From Pseudomonadales bacterium (GTDB lineage: Bacteria > Pseudomonadota > Gammaproteobacteria > Pseudomonadales > Azotimanducaceae), in the NCBI GenBank assembly GCA_965116055.1, contig OZ220466.1, positions 689,907-753,906 on the forward strand: DNA of 64,000 nucleotides. The letters are read 5' to 3'. Of the stretch, positions 30,318 through 41,574 are shown piece by piece. The number at the start of each line of letters is the position of its first letter. The stretch's first letter is position 1. The notes below the pieces were generated by a model, which had not been told where the DNA came from, did not search any database, and saw nothing but the letters and a program-made list of their open reading frames with translations. The position numbers were made by a program, and so were the translations under genes.

Positions 30318-30703
30318 ATCGGAAACAAAAGTTATTCCAGCGTCCAAAGCAATTCGGGCGCGAGCTGCGGGTCGGTGATTTCATTCGTATCGAAATGACT
30401 GATCTTCTTCGTAATGCCATGCGCGATCCACGTGTCGACGCGTCCCTATTAACGATCGCAGATGTCAAAGTATCGCGCGATTTAGCCTATGCGGATATAT
30501 ACGTGTCGTATCACGGCCGCACCGAGAGTACGTCCGAAGCAGTGATTCTTGATGTCATGCAACGAGCGGCCGGTTTTTTTCGTTCGAAGCTGGCGCAACG
30601 TCACAGTATGCGCGTGACTCCGTCATTGCGCTTTCATGTCGACAAGACTGAAGAGAAGGCTAATCGTCTTGAGGCGTTGTTAGCGCAGTCACGACAATCG
30701 TAG
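30314..30703 (+). CDS. rbfA: Ribosome-binding factor A
   Basis: 129 aa. The KH-like core (DPRV...[19 protein letters not shown]...LRFHVD) matches RbfA. GTGA overlap with the infB stop. Confidence 0.9.
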   Translation: MNRKQKLFQRPKQFGRELRVGDFIRIEMTDLLRNAMRDPRVDASLLTIADVKVSRDLAYADIYVSYHGRTESTSEAVILDVMQRAAGFFRSKLAQRHSMRVTPSLRFHVDKTEEKANRLEALLAQSRQS

Positions 30704-31624
30704 ATGGGTCGGCGTTTGCGTTCGCGCGGCCGTGTCGTTGATGGGGTGGTGCTACTGGATAAGCCATACGGATGGACATCTAACGTCGCTGTCCAACGCG
30801 TTAAAAGGTTATTTAATGCGCGGAAGGTTGGACACACGGGAACGCTTGACCAACGCGCAACCGGTGTCTTGCCCTTATGCTTTGGCGAAGCGACGAAATT
30901 CTCGAAATACGGGTTAGACGCGAATAAGTCCTATCGCGTCGTTGTGCAACTTGGCGTCGCAACGGCGACCGGCGACACAGAAGGCGCTGTGATTGCGGAA
31001 AGGCCAGTTCCGACGTTAGGTCGCGGATATGTAGAAGACAAGCTAGAAGCCTTCCGCGGCTATATTAGCCAGGTGCCGTCCATGTATTCGGCGATTAAAC
31101 GAAACGGACAGCGGCTTTATAAGCTAGCTCGTCAAGGGGTGGAAGTCGAACGCGCCCCGCGGGGGATTACTATCTACCGCAATGAGATCATGCGAATGTG
31201 TCGCGACACGATTGAGCTTGAGATTGATTGTTCTAAAGGTACCTACATTAGAACCCTGGTCACAGACTTGGGCGAAGCGTTGGGTTGTGGGGCACATGTT
31301 GCCGAATTAAAGCGAATTCGAGTAGGACACTTTGATATTGAAGATTGTGTTAGTTACGATCGCTTGCTGGATGCTAAGAACGGAGGCGATCTTATGGCGC
31401 ACCTAAGCCCTATTTCTTCCATGATTGAGGGTTGGGCTGATATAAAATTACCGTGTCCCACAGCTTATCTTGTGCGACAGGGGCAGGCTGTGGCCGTCCC
31501 TCCACGCTCTCCTACGCGCGGGTGGGTAAAACTACTCGAAGAACGCGCCGACGGCGAGTTAACTTTTTTAGGTGTAGGCGAAATCCAGGGCGGGCGTTTA
31601 GCCCCTCGTCGGCTTGTAACCTAA
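30704..31624 (+). CDS. truB: tRNA pseudouridine-55 synthase TruB
   Basis: GVVLLDKPYGWTSN...VGHTGTLD (catalytic Asp)...LCFGEATKF, with a PUA-like C-terminus. Confidence 0.94.
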   Translation: MGRRLRSRGRVVDGVVLLDKPYGWTSNVAVQRVKRLFNARKVGHTGTLDQRATGVLPLCFGEATKFSKYGLDANKSYRVVVQLGVATATGDTEGAVIAERPVPTLGRGYVEDKLEAFRGYISQVPSMYSAIKRNGQRLYKLARQGVEVERAPRGITIYRNEIMRMCRDTIELEIDCSKGTYIRTLVTDLGEALGCGAHVAELKRIRVGHFDIEDCVSYDRLLDAKNGGDLMAHLSPISSMIEGWADIKLPCPTAYLVRQGQAVAVPPRSPTRGWVKLLEERADGELTFLGVGEIQGGRLAPRRLVT

Positions 31625-31651
31625 ATCAAATCACCATTCTATTGAGCAAAC

Positions 31652-31921
31652 ATGGCATTAACCGCCGAGACTAAACAGAAAGTCGTTTCTGAGTACCAAC
31701 GGAGCGAAAACGATACTGGTTCACCAGAAGTCCAGATCGCTCTGCTAACCGCAAATATAAATTCCCTTCAGGAGCATTTCACTACGCATAAAGGCGACCA
31801 TCATTCGCGACGAGGATTGAAAGCGATGGTGGATCAGCGACGAAAGTTGCTTGATTATCTGAATAGGAACGAATACGAACGCTATGCAAAGTTGATACAG
31901 AGACTAGGTCTCCGTCGGTAG
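31652..31921 (+). CDS. rpsO: 30S ribosomal protein S15
   Basis: 89 aa. [25 protein letters not shown] matches S15. Confidence 0.96.
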   Translation: MALTAETKQKVVSEYQRSENDTGSPEVQIALLTANINSLQEHFTTHKGDHHSRRGLKAMVDQRRKLLDYLNRNEYERYAKLIQRLGLRR

Positions 31922-31935
31922 CTACGGAGTAAATA

Positions 31936-34058
31936 TTGAGTATTGTTCGAGAGCAATTTGAGCTAGCGGGAGAAACCGTTGTACTAGAAACAGGTCGTGT
32001 CGCAAGACAAGCGACCGGTGCGGTTATGGCTAGCATGGGAGATACGGTTGTGCTATGCACGGTTGTAGGTAATCCCAATCCACGACCAGGTCAGGATTTT
32101 TTTCCACTGACGGTTAATTATCAGGAGAAAATGTTTGCTGCCGGGAAGATACCTGGCGGTTTTTTTCGTCGCGAAGGCAGGCCGGCCGAAAAGGAAACGT
32201 TGACTAGTCGGTTAATTGACCGACCGTTGCGACCACTGTTTCCCAAGGGCTTCTTGAACGAAGTCCACGTCGTTGCTACCGTCTTGTCGGCTGATAAAAA
32301 GCACGATCCGGACATACTTGCAATGATCGGCTGTTCAGCTGCTCTGGCGATATCGGGTATTCCTTTTAATGGGCCTATTGGTGCGAACCGCGTGGGCTTT
32401 GACCCGACTGAAAACCTTTACCTTCTCAATCCGTCGTATGAACAGCTTGCTGAATCGCACCTCAACATGATCGTCGCAGGCACGGAAGCTGCTGTATTGA
32501 TGGTTGAATCGGAAGCGCAGGAACTGGCTGAAGATACCATGCTTGGGGCTGTGTTATTTGCCCATCATGAAATGCAAGTTCAAATTGACGCGATTAAGCG
32601 ATTAGCGGACCAAGCTGGAAAGCCTGCTTGGACATTCACACTGCCGCCAACGGATGACGAGTTAACAGATGCGGTGGTCGCAAGCGTAGGCGAGCAATTA
32701 GGCGACGCGTATCGAATAACTGATAAACGAGCGCGAATGACGCAGGTTGATACATTGAGAACTGGCGCGATTGAGGAACTTAGCGAGACCTACGGTGGGG
32801 ATGAAGTCGCTGCAGCTATTTCAGCGCTAGAAAAGAAGATTGTGCGCGAGCGCGTACTAAATAGCGAGCCACGGATTGATGGGCGATCAACCACGGACGT
32901 TCGTAAGCTGGATATTGAAGTGGATATGCTGCCGCGAGCGCACGGCTCAGCATTGTTTCAACGCGGGGAGACTCAAGCCATAGTCGTTGCTACCCTAGGC
33001 CCCGAGAAGGATTCAGCGCTGATTGAGGGGTTAACTGGAACTAATTACGACAAGTTCCTCTTGCACTACAACTTTCCACCGTATAGTGTAGGCGAGGCTG
33101 GCATGCTCGGTTCACCCAAACGACGCGAGATCGGTCACGGTCGGTTAGCGCGCCGAGCTATTGAGCCTATGTTACCTGACTTGACCGAATATCCGTATAC
33201 GGTTCGGGTGGTGTCTGAAATTACGGAAAGTAACGGGTCAAGTTCGATGGCAAGCGTCTGCGGTACGTCTTTGGCACTGATGGACGCGGGTGTGCCGATT
33301 CGTTCTGCCGTGGCTGGTGTGGCTATGGGCTTGGTGTTGGAAGGCGACCGCTCGGCGATATTGACCGACATTCTCGGGGATGAAGACCATTTAGGTGACA
33401 TGGACTTTAAGGTTGCAGGTACTTCGCAAGGCATCACTGCCTTGCAAATGGATATCAAGATTGATGGCATCACCGACACGATCATGGAACAAGCCCTCAA
33501 CCAAGCGCACGATGCGAGACTTCACATACTGAATAGTATGAATATGGTCATCGCGGAAGCGCGTCCGGAACCGCCTGCTAACGCACCGTCCACCGACATC
33601 ATGAATATTGCGCCGGATAAAGTTCGCGACGTCATAGGTAAGGGTGGTGCGGTCATTAAATCGATTCAAGCTGACACAAATGCCATCGTTGATCTCAAGG
33701 ACGACGGGACGGTTACGATTTTTGCGGAGACTCGGTCTGATCTAGACGATGCCAAAGCGCGTATTGAAGCGATCGTTGCAGATCCGGAAATCGGTGAGAT
33801 CTACGAAGGCACCGTGCAGCGTATTGAGCAGTATGGCGCTTTTGTCAATTTCTTACCCGGGAAAGACGGCTTGCTCCATATTTCGCAAGTTGCGTACGAA
33901 CGAATCGAAAACATTCGCGACCATCTCAGTGAAAGTCAGAAAGTCCGGGTCAGGGTGACAGAGATCGACAACCGCGGACGCATTTCTTTGACGATGAAAG
34001 GCGTTGAGCAGGATGAGCCTGCTTCTCCTGGGACGAGTGCAGAAGACGCTTCGTTCGG

Positions 34059-34062
<4 letters not shown>
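31936..34062 (+). CDS. pnp: Polyribonucleotide nucleotidyltransferase (PNPase)
   Basis: TTG start. Two RNase PH domains ([29 protein letters not shown]), plus KH and S1 ([20 protein letters not shown]) domains. Confidence 0.97.
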
Positions 34063-35996
<1,934 letters not shown>

Positions 35997-36014
35997 ATGG
36001 AATAGAGGTTAGGG

Positions 36015-37553
36015 TTATTTTTGACGTGTCTTGATTTTACGAACCTGCTTGGTTAGTAGCGCATTTGAGGGTGGTGGACCATTCGGGGCGAGCGCAGCGT
36101 CAACTTCCGCTGCGATCAATTTGCTGCGTTCGACTCCCCATTGATCAAATGGGTTGATTTGCCAAAGATGACCAAGGCAGGCGACTTTGTGCTCAAATAG
36201 TGCGATGAGCATCCCAAGCGTGGTTGCGTCAGTTTGGTCTAGCAGTATCAGAGTTGAGCCATGTCCGCCCTGAATCGTCTTTTCCGGGGCGGTTGCATCG
36301 GTATGCCCAAAAAACATCACTTGACGCTGGGCTAGGCAGTTTGCGAGCATCCATCGGTCTGTCGTATTCTGCACGGCAGCGGTCGCAATGAAGTCGGCAC
36401 TAAAGGCGTGGGTGCCCTGATGCAGCCACTGATGCCAAGCATGCTGGCCGTCGGTTTCGTGGCCGCCCCAGACAACGCCAGTGGTGGGGTGGGAGACAGG
36501 CTGGTTTTGGGTCGTCATTGACTTGCCGAGACTTTCCATTTCTAACTGTTGGAGATAAGCGACAAGCCATCGCAAGTTCGCGCTGTAGGCTAACACCGCA
36601 TGCGAGGCCACGCCAAGACAATTTGTATTCCAGAAGGCGAGCAATGCGAGCATGACAGGGGCGTTTCGTGCACTTGGCATGGCTGAGGCATGGCAATCCA
36701 TAGCTGCTGCACCTTGGCGTAGTTGGTTGAACCGTTTGGGACCTAAGGCGAGCACGACTGGGAGACCCATAGCTGACCAAACCGAAAAGCGCCCGCCGAC
36801 TTCTTGAGGCACCTGAAATCGATGGCCGGGTAGGGCGGAAAGGCTTGCATCGTTCGATGAGATCAACACAAAATTGGAGGCAAGCGCACTGGATTGATTG
36901 GTTCGTTCGGCAAACCATTGCCGCACGGTCTGGTAGTTTTGCTGTGTTTCCGGGGTCGTAAACGACTTTGATGCTACGATAACGAGCGTGGTCGAAGGCG
37001 TAAGTGCTCGGAGGGTTGGCTCAACTAGGCTCGTATGCGTGCTTGACAGAAAATGTATGCGTAAGCGCGTGCTAGCTAGCGCATCGCAAAGGAATTGTTG
37101 TCCTAGATGGCTCCCACCGATCCCGATGTGAAGAATGTCTGTGAAAGGCTCGCCGCTATAGCTTCTCAAATTGGCGTTAAGTATGCGGTTCGCGAAGTCA
37201 AGTAGATTGATGTGTGCTTGTTGTACTTGTGCGTCGAAAAGTTCGTTCTTGGTAGGCGTTCCACGCATGGCTGAGTGCAGGGCGGCGCGGTTCTCGCTGA
37301 CGTTTATCGTATTGCCTGCGAATTGTTGGCGCAATTGACCCGGAAGATCAAGGCGGTCGCCCAGTTCGCTTAACAATCGAAGAACCTCGTCGTCCGCGCG
37401 TTGCAAGGACCAATCGAGTGACAGGCCATCAACGGAGAGCGAAAGGTTCTCGGGATCCTCACTGCTTGGTTGATAAGAGTCAGGACGCCGATTTCGGTGA
37501 GTCCGTCCTGCTGCTTGGAGCCGGCGCATAAGCTGCGCGACGGCGGAATCCAT
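36015..37553 (-). CDS. pgi: Glucose-6-phosphate isomerase
   Basis: NRAALHSAMRG, the SIS-domain IGIGGSHLG and ASKSFTTPET, and GVVWGGHETDGQH. The ORF is open to 37703. I prefer ATG 37553 (MDSAVAQL...), which starts 1 nt after the panC stop and removes a 50-codon overlap with panC. Confidence 0.9.
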   Translation of the reverse strand: MDSAVAQLMRRLQAAGRTHRNRRPDSYQPSSEDPENLSLSVDGLSLDWSLQRADDEVLRLLSELGDRLDLPGQLRQQFAGNTINVSENRAALHSAMRGTPTKNELFDAQVQQAHINLLDFANRILNANLRSYSGEPFTDILHIGIGGSHLGQQFLCDALASTRLRIHFLSSTHTSLVEPTLRALTPSTTLVIVASKSFTTPETQQNYQTVRQWFAERTNQSSALASNFVLISSNDASLSALPGHRFQVPQEVGGRFSVWSAMGLPVVLALGPKRFNQLRQGAAAMDCHASAMPSARNAPVMLALLAFWNTNCLGVASHAVLAYSANLRWLVAYLQQLEMESLGKSMTTQNQPVSHPTTGVVWGGHETDGQHAWHQWLHQGTHAFSADFIATAAVQNTTDRWMLANCLAQRQVMFFGHTDATAPEKTIQGGHGSTLILLDQTDATTLGMLIALFEHKVACLGHLWQINPFDQWGVERSKLIAAEVDAALAPNGPPPSNALLTKQVRKIKTRQK

Positions 37554-37554
37554 A

Positions 37555-38400
37555 CTATCGCACAACGCCGAGGTTATCGATGAGTCGCGTGCGACCGAGC
37601 CGAGCAGCTGCGAATATACGCACTGGAGCTGTATCTGACTCGGGCGAACCCAGTGTATCCGGGTTGCGAATCGACAAATAATCAGGCTTAAAGCCAGCGG
37701 CACACAGTTTTTTCAGCGCGATTTGCTCTAACTCATCGTAAGATGTTGAACCTTCACGAAGATGGGTAGCGGTTTCGCGCAGTGTAAGGAACAATATAGG
37801 CGCTTTTTCGCGTTCTTCTTGAGTAAGGTAACGATTGCGACTCGACATGGCCAAGCCATCTCGCTCGCGACAGGTAGGTACGCTGATTATTTGGACGGGC
37901 ATATCAAGTTGACTAACCATGCGTTTGATAATCGTTAGTTGTTGCCAATCTTTCTCCCCGAAAAATGCAAAATCAGGTTGGGCTATTTGAAATAACTTGG
38001 TAACGACGGTGGTTACGCCGTCAAAATGACCTGGGCGACTTGCACCACAAAGTTCATTGCTGAGGTTCGGGACGGTGACTGTGGCGTGCTCGAACTGTCC
38101 GTTCGGGTACATTTCTTTAATCGGTGGCGCAAACAGCAGATCAACATCGTAGCGTTCCAATTTCGCCGCGTCGTCTGTTAAGGTTCGGGGGTAGCTCGTA
38201 AAGTCCTCTTGAGGCCCGAACTGCATGGGATTGACGAAAATGGTCGCAATTGAGAAGGTGCAATGCTTACGACAGCAATCCACCAAGCGTAAATGCCCGG
38301 CATGTAGATCACCCATCGTAGGTACAAGGCCTACGACTTTATTTAAGCCTTGGACGCGTCTACGGTCTCGTAGATTCTGAATCGTTTCGACGACATCCAT
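37555..38400 (-). CDS. panC: Pantoate-beta-alanine ligase
   Basis: LVPTMGDLHAGHLRLV (HIGH-type motif) and FGEKDWQQ. Synteny with panB. Confidence 0.94.
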   Translation of the reverse strand: MDVVETIQNLRDRRRVQGLNKVVGLVPTMGDLHAGHLRLVDCCRKHCTFSIATIFVNPMQFGPQEDFTSYPRTLTDDAAKLERYDVDLLFAPPIKEMYPNGQFEHATVTVPNLSNELCGASRPGHFDGVTTVVTKLFQIAQPDFAFFGEKDWQQLTIIKRMVSQLDMPVQIISVPTCRERDGLAMSSRNRYLTQEEREKAPILFLTLRETATHLREGSTSYDELEQIALKKLCAAGFKPDYLSIRNPDTLGSPESDTAPVRIFAAARLGRTRLIDNLGVVR

Positions 38401-38408
38401 GAGTCGTC

Positions 38409-39233
38409 CTAGTTGAAGCTATGCTCGGGACCGGGAAATCGTTCTTCGTGAACGGCGCGTGCATATGCCTCGAACGCGCCTTTGATCCCGGCATCTGCGC
38501 TTTCCGGCATGAAGTTTTTGACGAATTTCGGCACGCGAATACTTGAGGGAGTAATACCGAGCATGTCGTGCATCACCATGATTTGACCGTCGGTGTGAGG
38601 ACCAGCGCCGATGCCGATGACCGGAATGTCGAGCGACTGCGTGATCTCCTTGCCGAGATGGGTGGGTACGCATTCGAGTAGTAGGATGGATGCGCCCGAG
38701 TCTTGCAGGATGCGCGCCTCCTCAATCATGGTGTTCGCTTGTTGTGGGTTGCGACCCTGGACGCGATAGCCGCCTAGCCGGTTGATCGCTTGGGGGGTCA
38801 AGCCCATATGAGCGCAGACCGGAATACCACGTTCGAACAGCAAACGCGTACTTTCGGCTAGCCAAGCGCCACCTTCAAGTTTGACCATATGCGCGCCTGA
38901 GCGCATAAGCGCGGCAGCGCTTTCGAGAGATTGATTGGCAGATGCATAACTCATGAACGGTAGATCGGCCATGATGAGGCTGCTTTTATTGCCGCGCCGC
39001 ACGGTGTTCATGTGGTAAACCATGTCATCAAGCGTCACAGGCAGCGTACTATCGTGCCCCTGCAGCACCATGCCAAGCGAGTCACCGACCAAAATAACTT
39101 CAATGCCGCTCGTGCTGATCAGCTCAGCAAAGAGTGCGTCATATGCTGTCAAGGCAGCAAATTTCTGTCCTTTTTTCTTCATCGCATTCAGTGTATTAAT
39201 AGACACTGGACTGCGCGTCGACTGTGAGCTCAT
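38409..39233 (-). CDS. panB: 3-methyl-2-oxobutanoate hydroxymethyltransferase
   Basis: LTAYD....[29 protein letters not shown] and VKLEGG are KPHMT signatures. Confidence 0.94.
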   Translation of the reverse strand: MSSQSTRSPVSINTLNAMKKKGQKFAALTAYDALFAELISTSGIEVILVGDSLGMVLQGHDSTLPVTLDDMVYHMNTVRRGNKSSLIMADLPFMSYASANQSLESAAALMRSGAHMVKLEGGAWLAESTRLLFERGIPVCAHMGLTPQAINRLGGYRVQGRNPQQANTMIEEARILQDSGASILLLECVPTHLGKEITQSLDIPVIGIGAGPHTDGQIMVMHDMLGITPSSIRVPKFVKNFMPESADAGIKGAFEAYARAVHEERFPGPEHSFN

Positions 39234-39351
39234 AGGTGCTTGCTTAGATCGCGAATGAACCTTTGGACAATCTTAATCAGTATCAGCGACTCGCATTTAA
39301 TTTGTTAGCCGCAACCGCAAGTTTGCGATGTTCGGCAATTTGTCGATCCTA

Positions 39352-40572
39352 CTAAGGTGTGCGGCGGTGATCCATTCGTCCGTCGCGCGTGGGTTGTATA
39401 CGGGATTTGCTTGGCGGCTGTCGATTCTTCCACCAGGCAGCGACAGACGGTTTGATTTCGCCGGTTTTAGCCCGAAAGCTTAATAGATGAACGGCTGCCC
39501 TTACACTTGGGTGTGCGAGGGTGCGTTTAACGCGCTTACGACGCTCCAGGTTGGATTGAAGCATGAAAACGCTTTGGATGAACTCTTCGCTTTTGCGATC
39601 AATACTTACAAACTGGCGAGCCAAACGTACGACATCCTTACAAGCGCGCACGCGTAGTTTCCCAACATCAGCTTCTAATCCGCGTGCCGCTTGCAGATCC
39701 TGCAAGCGGTCGGTATAGAGATGCCACAACATGACTGCAAACAAAAAGGCTGGGGATAGCTTGTCACTAGAGGCAACGCGCCGGTCGGATTGAAGCATGG
39801 CGAGTTCGATCAGGGTAGCTGCGTTGGGATGTTGCGGGAAAACTTCCGCTAATAAATTGAAGTCGGCCATCAATTGGTAGCTGGCTGCGCCATGTCCCGT
39901 AAGGAACAACTTAACCAGTTCATCCCGCATACGAGGGCGACTCACATGACGTAATGAAGACTTAGTCGTCGCGATCGCATCTATGCCCTCTTGGTCTATC
40001 TCAAAGTCTAGTTTGGCGGCGAACCGCACCGCTCGAATCATGCGCACGGGGTCTTCGATAAAGCGTTTTTCGGCAGCCCCTATTGAGCGTATGACTCGCG
40101 CATCAAGGTCGCTCAAACCGCCGACATAGTCAACGACGTTGTATTGTCGTGGGTCCAGGTATAGCGCGTTGACTGTGAAGTCACGACGAAATGCATCTTG
40201 ACGTTGATTTCCGTAAGTATTGTCCAATGTGTATCTGCGCCGTCTAAACACCCGAATCGTTGCGGGTGGTTCTCTGCGATACGTGGCAATTTCATAGACC
40301 GTGTCGTGTCGGCATACATGTACGAGTCGAAAACGTCGCCCGATAATGGTGGCATTTGGAATGAGTTGACGAACTTTTTCGGGGGATGCATTCGTTGTTG
40401 TATCAAAGTCTTTCGGCATGTGACCGAGTAAGTAGTCACGAATACAACCGCCGACGAGATAAGCGTCGTATCCCGCCCGGCTCAAAGTTTTCAGTATGCG
40501 TTTGAGGTCGGTGGGGATGAGTTGCTTGTCGAAGTCGTCAAGCGCGACAATCTTGGGTTTCTTAGTAGGCAA
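39352..40572 (-). CDS. pcnB: Poly(A) polymerase I
   Basis: Nucleotidyltransferase head GYDAYLVGGCIRDYLLG..PKDFD, RFRLVHV and RRDFTVNALY. Located with gluQ and dksA, as in E. coli. Confidence 0.92.
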   Translation of the reverse strand: MPTKKPKIVALDDFDKQLIPTDLKRILKTLSRAGYDAYLVGGCIRDYLLGHMPKDFDTTTNASPEKVRQLIPNATIIGRRFRLVHVCRHDTVYEIATYRREPPATIRVFRRRRYTLDNTYGNQRQDAFRRDFTVNALYLDPRQYNVVDYVGGLSDLDARVIRSIGAAEKRFIEDPVRMIRAVRFAAKLDFEIDQEGIDAIATTKSSLRHVSRPRMRDELVKLFLTGHGAASYQLMADFNLLAEVFPQHPNAATLIELAMLQSDRRVASSDKLSPAFLFAVMLWHLYTDRLQDLQAARGLEADVGKLRVRACKDVVRLARQFVSIDRKSEEFIQSVFMLQSNLERRKRVKRTLAHPSVRAAVHLLSFRAKTGEIKPSVAAWWKNRQPPSKSRIQPTRDGRMDHRRTP

Positions 40573-40689
40573 ATGAACAGTAAATTAGCAAGAGATGTGC
40601 CGTTGAGGGGTTATCGCGGTGTGACTTTTCGAAGCTATCCGCTGAACAGGTGGGCGAGCGAGTTTTCAAGGTTATACCATCGACTGCGG

Positions 40690-41562
40690 TTAGATGCTGA
40701 CAAACTCCTTGATCGCCCGATGTTTAGGTACTTCCTGTATATTCCAGCGCTCCGTTGCCCACTCAAGGAGCGAGGCAATACGGCGTAGTTTGGCCGGTGG
40801 TTTCATACCGAGTAGCTGCAACGTGCTAATCAAATTCAGCCATGGTGTGTTATTGTCAATGGCGACGGCTTGATCGCGCTTCGAGAGCTTGATATCGTCG
40901 CGTTGATTGAGAACCGGTATGTGGGCATAACGCGGCTCGGTAAATCCGAGCGTTCGAATAAGAAAAAGCTGGGCCAGGGTATTTTCGAGTAAATCGGCAC
41001 CTCGTACCACATCAGTGACGCCCATAAGATGGTCATCCACAATGACTGCGAGTGGATAGGCGGTTATGAACTCTTTTCGCATAACGATGAAGTCACCGTC
41101 GCTTTCAGCAAGATTCCCATTCACCTCACCTTGCACACGATCTTGAAAACTGATCCTGTGACTCGGCACGTGCACACGAATGGCTGCAGGTTCGGAAGGC
41201 TGCTCAATTCTGGATCTGCAATAACCAGGGTAGGTCCTTGATCGTTTGAGTTTTTTTCGAGAACACGTACAGTAAAACACAAGATTTTGTTGACGCAAGA
41301 TCTCGATGGCGCGCTCATAATGCTGGCAATGGTTTGTTTGATGCTGCACGATGCCATCCCATATCAAACCATGGTTAGCAAGCGTCGACAACGCGATTTG
41401 CGCTGCTTCTTCGGTGGAGCGCGGTGCGTCAATATCGTCTAGTCGCAATAGCCATTGACCTTCGTGTGCACGAGCGTCGAGGTAACTGGCAACCGCCGTT
41501 AGCAGAGACCCAAGATGAAGAGGTCCTGAAGTAGTGGGCGCGAACCTTCCTATGTAGGGCAA
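40690..41562 (-). CDS. gluQ: Glutamyl-Q tRNA(Asp) synthetase
   Basis: 290 aa truncated GluRS paralogue. GRFAPTTSGPLHLGSL, LRLDDID, the zinc-cluster cysteines (CTCSRKK..YPGYC) and VLNQRDDIKLSKR. Confidence 0.9.
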   Translation of the reverse strand: MPYIGRFAPTTSGPLHLGSLLTAVASYLDARAHEGQWLLRLDDIDAPRSTEEAAQIALSTLANHGLIWDGIVQHQTNHCQHYERAIEILRQQNLVFYCTCSRKKLKRSRTYPGYCRSRIEQPSEPAAIRVHVPSHRISFQDRVQGEVNGNLAESDGDFIVMRKEFITAYPLAVIVDDHLMGVTDVVRGADLLENTLAQLFLIRTLGFTEPRYAHIPVLNQRDDIKLSKRDQAVAIDNNTPWLNLISTLQLLGMKPPAKLRRIASLLEWATERWNIQEVPKHRAIKEFVSI

Positions 41563-41574
41563 ATGTGATGTTTA

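Noticed and set aside
37554-37703. 50-codon N-terminal extension of the pgi ORF overlapping the panC 3' end
   Set aside because: The extension has no Pgi similarity. An in-frame ATG at 37553 begins 1 nt after the panC stop and gives a normal-length enzyme.
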